Shown piece after piece: positions 19,389 through 27,384 of a stretch of 64,000 nucleotides of DNA. A program made the translations under genes and the position numbers. The notes beneath the pieces were generated by a model. It did not search any database. It saw nothing but the letters and a program-made list of their open reading frames with translations, and was not told the DNA's origin. Within the stretch, counting starts at the first letter, position 1. Each line of letters starts with the position of its first letter. The stretch spans positions 3,342 through 67,341 of the forward strand of contig JAGXSC010000008.1 in the NCBI GenBank assembly GCA_018334075.1, read 5' to 3'. This stretch comes from Actinomycetota bacterium (lineage in GTDB: Bacteria; Actinomycetota; Coriobacteriia; Anaerosomatales; UBA912).

Positions 19389-19787
19389 CTAGGACGTAGG
19401 GGGGATTTCACTAGCGGGAACAGCCTGCGGTATTTCGGGTGCTGTGATATCGGCCTTCACTGACTTGGTGCCGACGACGGCAAGGACTCCGCCAAGCAGA
19501 GCCAAGATCATGAAGATTGCTACGAGTGTTCCCCCGAGGATGGACCCGAGAATGGAGGATAGTATGAGCAGGGCGGCCGGAACACGACCCTTCGCTCCTA
19601 GGACGATTGCTCCCAGGACGATGACCGCGAAGGAGAATATTACGCCGCCCCAGCCAAGCCCAACAACAGTTCCCGAGCCCTCTGCCTCGAATGCGGACGC
19701 AAGTCCGCCTAGTAGCAAGGTTGCTCCAGCCGCGAGCACGCCAAATACCCCGGCGATGATGGCGATGATGCCTCCTGCTTTCTTCAC
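19389..19787 (-). CDS. Small integral membrane protein (4 predicted TM, Gly/Ala/Leu-rich)
   Basis: GTG start preceded by AAGGGAG. Sits 17 nt downstream of the DUF4352 gene. Hydrophobic repeats GVFGVLAAGATLLLGG. Confidence 0.6.
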   Translation of the reverse strand: MKKAGGIIAIIAGVFGVLAAGATLLLGGLASAFEAEGSGTVVGLGWGGVIFSFAVIVLGAIVLGAKGRVPAALLILSSILGSILGGTLVAIFMILALLGGVLAVVGTKSVKADITAPEIPQAVPASEIPPTS

Positions 19788-19804
19788 TGCGTCTCCCTTC
19801 GCTG

Positions 19805-20326
19805 TTATTCGGACAGGATTATCCTCACCTGCTGGGTGGAGAAGAAGTTGGGCTCCATGATGAGCGTCAGGCCCTTCATGTCTTTTGGAACCTCAAAGAC
19901 GAGGTTAGCATCCAAATTGCCGCCGGGGGCAAGGGAGCCGCTGTTCATAGGGTTGGGTACGTCCGTGACGAACGCCGTGCCCGTCTGTACGCCGTTGGCA
20001 TCCTCAATCTTGTAGTTAAATTCGTTGAAGTCCAGCGGCACGGTTCCGCCGTTTTCAATTTTGATATTGACGATGTAGAAGACCTTGCCGTCGCTCGGCT
20101 CCTCGAACTCGTTCGTCGGGTTGAACTGTTTGCCGGAAACGACGGCCATAACGGCATCGTCGACGTTGATTGGCTCGCCAAGTGCGAATTCCGTCTTCTC
20201 GGCCTCGACCTCGGCGGCGGGCTCGTCAATGCCGTTTGCGCCGCTTGGTGAAACCTCGGCCTCGCAACCGACGGTGCCAAGCATCAGGCCAGCGACGAGC
20301 AACGCAAAGATGGCACGCTTGAACAT
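19805..20326 (-). CDS. DUF4352 domain lipoprotein
   Basis: Lipobox LGTVGC after the signal helix. Beta-rich domain KVFYIVNIKIENGGTVPLDFNEFNYKIEDANG, typical of DUF4352. GGGAGGAA before ATG 20326. Confidence 0.7.
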   Translation of the reverse strand: MFKRAIFALLVAGLMLGTVGCEAEVSPSGANGIDEPAAEVEAEKTEFALGEPINVDDAVMAVVSGKQFNPTNEFEEPSDGKVFYIVNIKIENGGTVPLDFNEFNYKIEDANGVQTGTAFVTDVPNPMNSGSLAPGGNLDANLVFEVPKDMKGLTLIMEPNFFSTQQVRIILSE

Positions 20327-20840
20327 TTGTTCCTCCCTAATAATTGTTGGATATTCCCACACAGGCTCAGGTTAGCAATGGGATGCACTCCTGTAAAGCT
20401 CTGGAAGGCTCTTGCTAGCTGAGTCGTGCGTGTTATGACTACTGCAGGCGGCGGGGGACGTTCTTGTACCCCCTCGGAGGGGCTACCACAACGTCCCCGT
20501 TGCCTCGGGGCTCCTCGGAAACGGGGATGCCCTTCACGTCAGGGGCTGGAAGTGTCATAGGTGCGGTAGTTCTGGACGTGGTGAACGGGGAAACATGGCA
20601 GGCATCCGCTAGAGAGAGCAAGCGCTGCTGCCTTCGCTACCGGGATGTGGTGGGCGTGAACATGAGGTGGCCCCTGGGGCCATAACGGCGATGATCTCGG
20701 TAACTACCGTGGGGAAAATATGGCTCACGCGGCCCAAAGAAGTGATGTGCCCCCACTCGCCCATATTTGCTATGGCGTGCCGTTTTCGAGTGGGTTATAC
20801 TTTCGTTCGCTGCGTGCCTGTAAGGGCATCGAAGTCTCTG

Positions 20841-20926
20841 GTCGGAGTGGCGGAACGGCAGACGCGCTAGGTTGAGGGCCTAGTGTCCGCAAGGACGTGA
20901 GGGTTCAACTCCCTCCTCCGACACCA
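20841..20926 (+). tRNA. tRNA-Leu (anticodon GAG), long variable arm, CCA encoded
   Basis: Hand-folded cloverleaf. Acceptor GTCGGAG/CTCCGAC, anticodon stem CTAGG/CCTAG with loop TTGAGGG, T arm GAGGG-TTCAACT-CCCTC, 3' ACCA. Confidence 0.9.
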
Positions 20927-21059
20927 AAGAAGTCTCACTATATTTTTTCGTGCCGAAGTTGCCTCGGCGGTGTAAAATATCTTTGTTGGCATGAGCCTTG
21001 CGATAGTTACCTGACCGGAGCACATCGGAGTTGGCAAGTGCCCGATCGAAGGGAATGAC

Positions 21060-21776
21060 GTGTCAGAAAAGTGGGGTAAGGCGGATCTTCATATCCACTC
21101 CAACCATAGTGACGGGCTGGCTAAGATACCCGAGATTATGGAGTACGTTCAACACCAGACCGACCTTGATATCATTGCCATCACCGACCACAACACCATC
21201 GAAGGCGCGCTGTTTGCGAAGTCTCTCGAAGAGATGTACGACTTTGAAGTAATCGTAGGCGAGGAGATATCCTCGGCGTCAGGGCATATTATCGGATTGT
21301 ACTTACAAGAGCATATCCCTGCCGGATTGAGCGTGATTGAGACGATCGCCCAGATCAACGATCAAGGCGGCATCGCGATAATTCCGCATCCTTTTTCCCA
21401 GCGTGGGATATTCGGGCCGCTCGGAAAAACGACGTTTGCTGAGGCCGTGAACGAGTTCGCGTTTCAGGCGCTTGAAGTCTATAACTCGATTCCGCACATT
21501 GGCTGGGCGAATCGTATTGCGGCCAAAGTCTTCACGGGGGGGCAGGGGATAGCTGCTACCGGCGGATCTGACGCGCACGTGCTTCAAGGCATAGGAACCG
21601 GCTACACTGTTTTCCGCGGCACTACTGCCGAGGAGCTTAAAGCCAGCATCGACGCCCTGGAGACTCGCGCCGAGTCCGGAAGAGTCGGTCTTGGCGTCGC
21701 CCTTCAATATGCTCGCAGCATTCGGAAGATTCGGCGCCAACAGGCCTGGAACTGGGAGAGATGCGGCGCAGACTAA
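21060..21776 (+). CDS. PHP domain metal-dependent phosphoesterase
   Basis: DLHIHSNHSDGL N-terminal motif, ITDHNT, PHP..., GGSDAH. Confidence 0.8.
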   Translation: MSEKWGKADLHIHSNHSDGLAKIPEIMEYVQHQTDLDIIAITDHNTIEGALFAKSLEEMYDFEVIVGEEISSASGHIIGLYLQEHIPAGLSVIETIAQINDQGGIAIIPHPFSQRGIFGPLGKTTFAEAVNEFAFQALEVYNSIPHIGWANRIAAKVFTGGQGIAATGGSDAHVLQGIGTGYTVFRGTTAEELKASIDALETRAESGRVGLGVALQYARSIRKIRRQQAWNWERCGAD

Positions 21777-21781
21777 GGCGA

Positions 21782-23050
21782 TTAGCCCGGTCTTCGCTGT
21801 TGTACATCCACCAAAAGTTCAGAGATTGTTTCCGCTATTATTGAGGGAGTCGCCGCCTCTGTGCCCCAGTTGCCGAGTAGTCGAATCTCTGTGACCTCAT
21901 CAACCCTGGCGCTTCGAATCGCAACGAAAATTTCGAGACGAGATGATAGGGTTTCGAAGGGCATACAGGCAGGTACCACGAGTATCTGCTTGCACTGGAA
22001 GGCAACCAGGTGCCGTAGCGTTTCCGTCAGATCCGGATTTCTCCACTCGAGCGAGCAAGAGCGAACCAGCTGCTCATTGGCACCGTGCTCGATCAGATTT
22101 GACCTGATTCGGCTGCAAAAGGCGGTTTCCTGAACGTCGAATGCTGGATGCGTGATACGGTGATGTTCCGGCTGGCCATTCATGACAAGCGCGACCCCCG
22201 TGGAGCTCAGGTCGTCTGTTGATACCCGTATCCGGTCGGCGATCATAAGGGAGAGCCGCTCAGAGCTCCAAAACGGAGCCGTATAGACGATTTCAATGCC
22301 GTGCGAGGGAAGGCGCAACTGGTCTACCAGTACTTTTGCGCGATCGGTTGCATAAGACTCACCGATGGAAACGTTCGCAACGATAATTCGATTGCATCCT
22401 TCGTTTGCAAGACTGGCGACAGTCGCATCCAGTGAGAGCTCGTCTGTGCCGGCGGTAATCGCCGCCTTCGTTATGCCAATCTCAGCCGGAAGGGTTGATT
22501 CGACACGATCAACCAGATCCTTCGCTTGTAGCATCGACAGGCCGGTGCCTCCTGCTGCACGGTATTTGGCTTTTTGTGCTGCGTAGAAAAAGGGAGTGAT
22601 ACCCAGCCATATACCAGACACTGAGCTTAGCAGCGTTTGATCGCCGGCAACCGAGGCGGGCTCATACTCCAGAGTATCGACATCTGCGAGGAGTACAACG
22701 GCCACCTTTCCCCGCGACCCTTCTGCTGCAGCAGGTATTTTTAGAATGGGCTGCTTTTTTCGGTTCAGCGACGGCAGCATGGCGGCGCCAAGACCGTATC
22801 CACCAATGAATGAGGCCACTGCAAGAAGCGAGGATAGCACCAGCACCTCGACCCTGTCGCTTACGGAGGAAATTTCAAATATTCCCCATGAGCACGACAC
22901 TGCACCTGTCAGAAACAGCAGCGCCATTAGTGGTTCCGCTGGACGTTTTAGTACCAAAAGTCCCACAAATGCCGTACCGGATATAACGGCTCCGGCAAAT
23001 AGTGCCATCCAACAGATCAGCGTCACCTGCGTCACCACCTTTCGCAACAC
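21782..23050 (-). CDS. Membrane-anchored ferrochelatase-like protein (divergent, probably non-canonical)
   Basis: About 3 N-terminal TM helices, then a two-lobed domain. By eye it aligns to ferrochelatase: FFYAAQKAKYRAAGG.., LVMNGQPE at the S-A-H-G-x-P position, EWRNPDLTETL, and ILVVPACMPFETLSSRLEI. Confidence 0.5.
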   Translation of the reverse strand: MLRKVVTQVTLICWMALFAGAVISGTAFVGLLVLKRPAEPLMALLFLTGAVSCSWGIFEISSVSDRVEVLVLSSLLAVASFIGGYGLGAAMLPSLNRKKQPILKIPAAAEGSRGKVAVVLLADVDTLEYEPASVAGDQTLLSSVSGIWLGITPFFYAAQKAKYRAAGGTGLSMLQAKDLVDRVESTLPAEIGITKAAITAGTDELSLDATVASLANEGCNRIIVANVSIGESYATDRAKVLVDQLRLPSHGIEIVYTAPFWSSERLSLMIADRIRVSTDDLSSTGVALVMNGQPEHHRITHPAFDVQETAFCSRIRSNLIEHGANEQLVRSCSLEWRNPDLTETLRHLVAFQCKQILVVPACMPFETLSSRLEIFVAIRSARVDEVTEIRLLGNWGTEAATPSIIAETISELLVDVQQRRPG

Positions 23051-23090
23051 CGATGATGATACTAGTGGCCTAGCCAGATGTCTTTGACTT

Positions 23091-23600
23091 ATGCCTGCTT
23101 TCTGGGCGCTATCGGATACTCAACAGGGAATGCTCTATACTTATGTAGTGCGTGAATGGATATTTTTTGGCTTTTCTTATGCGAAAGGCTCGTTGGTGGA
23201 TTACTTACATCGCCGCGAAAGTGCAAGAGGATTTTACGATACCGTTGAAGCCCTCATTAGCGCTGTCGAATGCCATGGGTTTGCCGTGGATAATCTGCAT
23301 GATATATGCGCTAGGCTTGCCGCAAAGGGTTACGTTATCAATTCGCTCGTTATTCTGGAGATAGTTCCAGCAAGATCGATGTCATTCGATATCTCGCCGT
23401 TTATACCATGCCGTATCGCAGTTTCGCAGGAAAATGTGGTGGTGGTAGCCGCTCTGCGGCCAGAAGCTTATTCAGATGAGATCGCCATGATAAACGGGGC
23501 TACCCAGCGAGCCGAGGCAGAGCGTCAGTTGTTCCAGATCGTAGATGCGGCGGTTGGATCGATAGATTGCGAAGAGTTGCCGCGCAGCGAGGCTACTTGA
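23091..23600 (+). CDS. DUF302 domain protein
   Basis: FYDTVEALISAVECHGFAV...LVILEI...PFIPCRIAVSQEN fits the DUF302 pattern. The N-terminal extension and true start are uncertain. Confidence 0.6.
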   Translation: MPAFWALSDTQQGMLYTYVVREWIFFGFSYAKGSLVDYLHRRESARGFYDTVEALISAVECHGFAVDNLHDICARLAAKGYVINSLVILEIVPARSMSFDISPFIPCRIAVSQENVVVVAALRPEAYSDEIAMINGATQRAEAERQLFQIVDAAVGSIDCEELPRSEAT

Positions 23601-23892
23601 CGCAGGCGGAATACCTGATGAACAGCGCTATCGCCTCATCTATCATTGCTTCAGGGTCCTCGTCGACATTTTGCACTAGACAGCGCTTCATCGAGTGCCC
23701 GATGATATGTAATCCAACCTGATTCAGTGCGGATTTGACAGCCATTATCTGCGTTAGCACGTCTTCGCACTCTTTGTCGCCCTCTATCATCGTCTGCAAG
23801 CCCCGGATCTGTCCTTCAAGGCGCTTTAGCCTGTTGAGAATACGCTTCTTGTCCAGGGAGTCGTTGCTGACCTGGGATGTATGTTCAGACAT
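23593..23892 (-). CDS. CsoR/RcnR family metal-sensing transcriptional repressor
   Basis: KKRILNRLKRLEGQIRGLQTMIEGDKECEDVLTQIMAVKSAL...GH....C is the classic DUF156 fold signature. Start set at ATG 23892 after AAGGAG. Confidence 0.85.
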   Translation of the reverse strand: MSEHTSQVSNDSLDKKRILNRLKRLEGQIRGLQTMIEGDKECEDVLTQIMAVKSALNQVGLHIIGHSMKRCLVQNVDEDPEAMIDEAIALFIRYSACVK

Positions 23893-23945
23893 CTCTCGCT
23901 CCTTCTTTAGCAAAGGGGTATTATCTTTGGGTTGCTTGCTAAAGA

Positions 23946-23962
23946 ATACCCCCCTGGGGTAT
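23946..23962. promoter_or_regulatory. Candidate CsoR-family operator (palindrome ATACCCC-cct-GGGGTAT)
   Basis: Perfect 7-3-7 inverted repeat in the 93-bp divergent intergenic region, 24 nt upstream of the CDF start. G/C-tract palindromes flanked by TA are the known operator style for CsoR-family repressors. Confidence 0.6.
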
Positions 23963-23985
23963 AGATGACAACCGGAGAGGAAGGT

Positions 23986-24930
23986 ATGGGGTATCGCCGA
24001 GAGATAGGCGCTTTGTCCGGCCAGGCGCGCATGCCGCGAATTCGGCGTGTACTTCTGGTGATATTGCTGCTAAACCTCATGGTTGCAGGGGCCAAATTGA
24101 TCTGGGGATATCTCTCTGGCAGTATCGCCATGCAGGCTGATGGATTTCATTCCCTTTTCGATGGAACCTCCAACGTGATCGGATTGATCGGCATCTATCT
24201 GGCCTCGCGCCCCGCGGACAGGGATCACCCTTATGGCCATGGAAAGTACGAGACCTACGCCTCCGTAGTCATTGGCGCGGTGCTCGCGCTTGCCGCATGG
24301 CACATATGGAGCTCGGCGATAACTAAGATCATGACAGGCGCTGAGCCGGCAACGGTTGGCCCGATCTCGTTCGCCGTGATGTTCGTGACGCTTGCGATTA
24401 ACGTCGCGGTTACGGTCTATGAGCGACGCGTAGGACGCGAGCTGAAAAGTGACCTACTAATGGCCGATGCAAGCCACACGGCGAGTGACGTAATGGTCAG
24501 TGTGGGAGTTATCTTCGGGCTGATCGCAACTGCTCTTGGGTTTCCTTTGGCTGACCCCTTGATCGGCATCCTGGTTGGCCTGGTGATCGCCCGCACGGCC
24601 CTTGCGATCGTTGGCCAGGCGGCTGAAACGCTCTCAGATGCAGCCAGAATACCCCCCGGGGAGATTCAGGCAGCCGCAAGGAGTGTTGCAGGCGTTCTTG
24701 GAACGCATCACATTCGTACAAGAGGTCTGTCCTCGGAAGTTTACGTTGATCTTCATGTACAGGTTGACGAGAACCTGACAGTCGCTGAAGGACACGCCAT
24801 CGCCGAGGCTGTCGAGCGGGCAATATGTCATCGATTTCCGCAGGTTGTGGATGTTATTTCGCATTTGGAGCCAATGGATAGGTATCAGAGCGAAAAATCT
24901 GCACTGGAAAGCGATGTCTATGACTCCTAA
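23986..24930 (+). CDS. Cation diffusion facilitator (CDF) family metal efflux transporter
   Basis: SIAMQADGFHSLFD (TM2 HxxxD), HTASDV (TM5), and a C-terminal cytoplasmic domain. Start at ATG 23986 after GGAGAGGAAGG. Confidence 0.85.
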   Translation: MGYRREIGALSGQARMPRIRRVLLVILLLNLMVAGAKLIWGYLSGSIAMQADGFHSLFDGTSNVIGLIGIYLASRPADRDHPYGHGKYETYASVVIGAVLALAAWHIWSSAITKIMTGAEPATVGPISFAVMFVTLAINVAVTVYERRVGRELKSDLLMADASHTASDVMVSVGVIFGLIATALGFPLADPLIGILVGLVIARTALAIVGQAAETLSDAARIPPGEIQAAARSVAGVLGTHHIRTRGLSSEVYVDLHVQVDENLTVAEGHAIAEAVERAICHRFPQVVDVISHLEPMDRYQSEKSALESDVYDS

Positions 24931-25897
24931 CTCGACCTTGGAGCGTTTAGAGGGGTATGGACTTGCAGCTTTCGCCGCGATTTGCTGGGCTACCGGAGGG
25001 CTCGTTGCCAAGTGGCTTTTAGCTCCGCTGGACCCCGCGACTGCCAATTGGTTTGTGCCTCCAACAGGGTATGAGTTTGATCCCGTTGTTCTTGCGGGTG
25101 CCAGAGCGATTGGGGCCTCGGTGATCCTGGTTGCATACCTTGCGTTGCGGCGACCCTATACTCTAAGAGTTAAATTTGCCGATCTTTGGTTCTTGGCCTT
25201 TTTTGGCGTGTTTGGCCTTGCCGCAGTTCACCTTACATACTTTCAGACTATCGACCACACAGATGTTGCAACTGCCATTTTGTTGCAATATCTGGCTCCG
25301 ATAATTGTGCTTATAGTTTCTGTGACCCTACTGGGCGAGCGCTTCACATGGGCGCTTCCGGCAGGGGTGGCATTAGCGCTACTAGGATGTGCGCTTGTAG
25401 TTGGAGTTCTGGCAGGCGAGGGCGTTACCATTGGTAGGGCCGGCTTGATGTGGGGGCTGGCATCAGCGGTGTTTTTTGCTATGTATTCTTTGCTTGGACG
25501 GCATGGTGTCAAGTCTTTTGGGTCATGGACGCTTCTTGCGTATGGCTTTAGCTTTGCGGCCATATTCTGGTTGGTTTACCTCGGCGGAGCATCAAAGGTC
25601 ATCGATCTGATTTTGGCTCCTTTCGGAGCGGTCGCGCTTTTGTACCTCGTGGTGTTTGCTACAATTCTGCCTTTTGCGGCGTTTCTGAAGGCCCTTCAGC
25701 TCATCGGCGCGACGAAGACCATAGTTACTTCAACTATCGAGCCTGTTGTAGCGGGCACCGTTGCAATCTGGCTGTTTGCCGAGTCGTTTACCGGTCCGCA
25801 GATCCTGGGGGCACTGCTGGTACTGGCAGCCGTAGCGGTTATTCAGCTACAAGCGGGTCCTGGAGCCGCTCAGGAAATTCAGCCACCTGGCTCCTGA
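24914..25897 (+). CDS. EamA/DMT superfamily transporter
   Basis: 10-TM protein with two EamA-like halves. Overlaps the CDF gene by 17 nt. Confidence 0.8.
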   Translation: MSMTPNSTLERLEGYGLAAFAAICWATGGLVAKWLLAPLDPATANWFVPPTGYEFDPVVLAGARAIGASVILVAYLALRRPYTLRVKFADLWFLAFFGVFGLAAVHLTYFQTIDHTDVATAILLQYLAPIIVLIVSVTLLGERFTWALPAGVALALLGCALVVGVLAGEGVTIGRAGLMWGLASAVFFAMYSLLGRHGVKSFGSWTLLAYGFSFAAIFWLVYLGGASKVIDLILAPFGAVALLYLVVFATILPFAAFLKALQLIGATKTIVTSTIEPVVAGTVAIWLFAESFTGPQILGALLVLAAVAVIQLQAGPGAAQEIQPPGS

Positions 25898-25919
25898 TCC
25901 ACAGAATCTCCACATAGTG

Positions 25920-25935
25920 TGGTATATAATTTGCT
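25920..25935 (+). promoter_or_regulatory. Candidate promoter upstream of rpoN: TGGTAT-N5-TTGCT (sigma-54-like spacing) that also contains a perfect TATAAT
   Basis: GG at 25921-22 and GC at 25933-34 have exactly the -24/-12 spacing. The same bases include TATAAT (25925-25930). No convincing -35 was seen. Confidence 0.35.
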
Positions 25936-25983
25936 GAGCGCTCAATTTTTTCGAGCTCGGCGAATCCACCTAGGGTGATGGTC

Positions 25984-27384
25984 ATGGAGTTAGCACAGAA
26001 GCCTGAATTAAAACAGCGCATGACGCTTTCTCCTCAGGTCTACCAGGGCTTGAGCATCCTTGCTATGCCGGTTATGGAGCTTCAAAATCTCATCGAGGCT
26101 GAGGTTCTGGAAAACCCCGTTCTCGAGACCGATGAGGTCGACGCTGACCCATACGACGCTGAATCTCCACCTTCAGAATCAGCACAAACGGATCAAGAAA
26201 GGGCGTGGGAGGAGTGGCTGGACATGTACGAGGATCTCCATCCCTTCAACGCGACCACTGCGATCGATTCCGACACTGAGGCAGACAGCGTCGGGGAGTA
26301 TTCCCCGGTGACGCAGACTTTTGCGGAGTATTTGATGTCGCAGCTCGGTCTTTTGGACGTCAGCGGCGATGTTTATCGTGCGGCAGCGGCAGTGATCGGC
26401 CTACTCGATGACGACGGCTACTTCAAGGGTGAGCTTGCCGAAGTGGTAAGGATTGCCGGAGTCGATATCCCTACTGCCGAGGAGGGAATCTCGGCCGTTC
26501 AGAGCCTGGATCCTCCTGGGGTCGGAGCTCGGACGCTCGCCGAAGCCCTCAGTATTCAGCTCGCTTACCTGGGAATAGAAGACCCGTTGCTCGATCTGCT
26601 GATCCGTGATCACCTTCAAGATATCGCATCCAACCAGTTCGCCAGGATCGCGCGTTCGGCAGGGGTTCAAGAATCGGAGGTCCGTCAAGCCGTGTCTGTG
26701 CTTCGGCAATTGAATCCCAAGCCCGCAGGAGAGTTCTCGGCAGGCCCAGCACCGGGTTATCTAGTTCCGGACGTTACCGTCAGGCGGTTCGATGATGAGT
26801 GGATGGTTTTTCCCAATAGCGAATTCATTCCATCTCTGAGAGTCTCTTCCCGGTACAGAAATATGCTTCGCTCCGGGTCTCGGGTCGATGATGAGACCAA
26901 GCGCTATCTAAAGGACAAGATACGGTCGGCGGAGGCTTTTATACGTAATGTGGACAGGCGCAAGGACACAATCAGCCGCATCGCGGAAAAGGTGATTGAG
27001 GCGCAACAAGATTATTTTGAGAACGGGACAGGGCCGCTAAGGCCGCTTAGGCTTGAGGATGTAGCAGTAGAGCTCGGCGTACATCTGTCGACCGTCAGCC
27101 GCGGCGTTACGGGAAAGTACATGATGACCCCGTATGGGCTTTTCGAGATAAAGCACTTCTTTTCCGGGGGGTATCGTACACGGACAGGCATGGACGTGGC
27201 CTCTACCAGCATCAAGCATCGCATCAGGGATATCATAGCCTCGGAAGATCCAACGAAGCCGCACTCCGATCAGAAGCTCGTTGAGATTCTCAATCTTGAA
27301 GGAGTCACCGTTGCTCGCAGAACTGTGGCCAAGTATCGCGAAGAGCTAGGGATTGAGCCCTCGTGGGCTCGGAGACGCAGATGA
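25984..27384 (+). CDS. rpoN: RNA polymerase sigma-54 factor RpoN
   Basis: Gln/Leu-rich region I (LKQRMTLSPQVYQGLSILAMPVMELQNLIEAEVLENPVLE), an acidic region II, an HTH, and the RpoN box ARRTVAKYREELGI. Confidence 0.95.
   Translation: MELAQKPELKQRMTLSPQVYQGLSILAMPVMELQNLIEAEVLENPVLETDEVDADPYDAESPPSESAQTDQERAWEEWLDMYEDLHPFNATTAIDSDTEADSVGEYSPVTQTFAEYLMSQLGLLDVSGDVYRAAAAVIGLLDDDGYFKGELAEVVRIAGVDIPTAEEGISAVQSLDPPGVGARTLAEALSIQLAYLGIEDPLLDLLIRDHLQDIASNQFARIARSAGVQESEVRQAVSVLRQLNPKPAGEFSAGPAPGYLVPDVTVRRFDDEWMVFPNSEFIPSLRVSSRYRNMLRSGSRVDDETKRYLKDKIRSAEAFIRNVDRRKDTISRIAEKVIEAQQDYFENGTGPLRPLRLEDVAVELGVHLSTVSRGVTGKYMMTPYGLFEIKHFFSGGYRTRTGMDVASTSIKHRIRDIIASEDPTKPHSDQKLVEILNLEGVTVARRTVAKYREELGIEPSWARRRR

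Noticed and set aside
20264-20279. Minus-strand TGGCAC-N6-TTGC (GCAA-N6-GTGCCA on the plus strand)
   Set aside because: The spacer is 6 nt rather than 5, and the site is inside the 5' part of the DUF4352 coding region, pointing into the gene. It is most likely chance.
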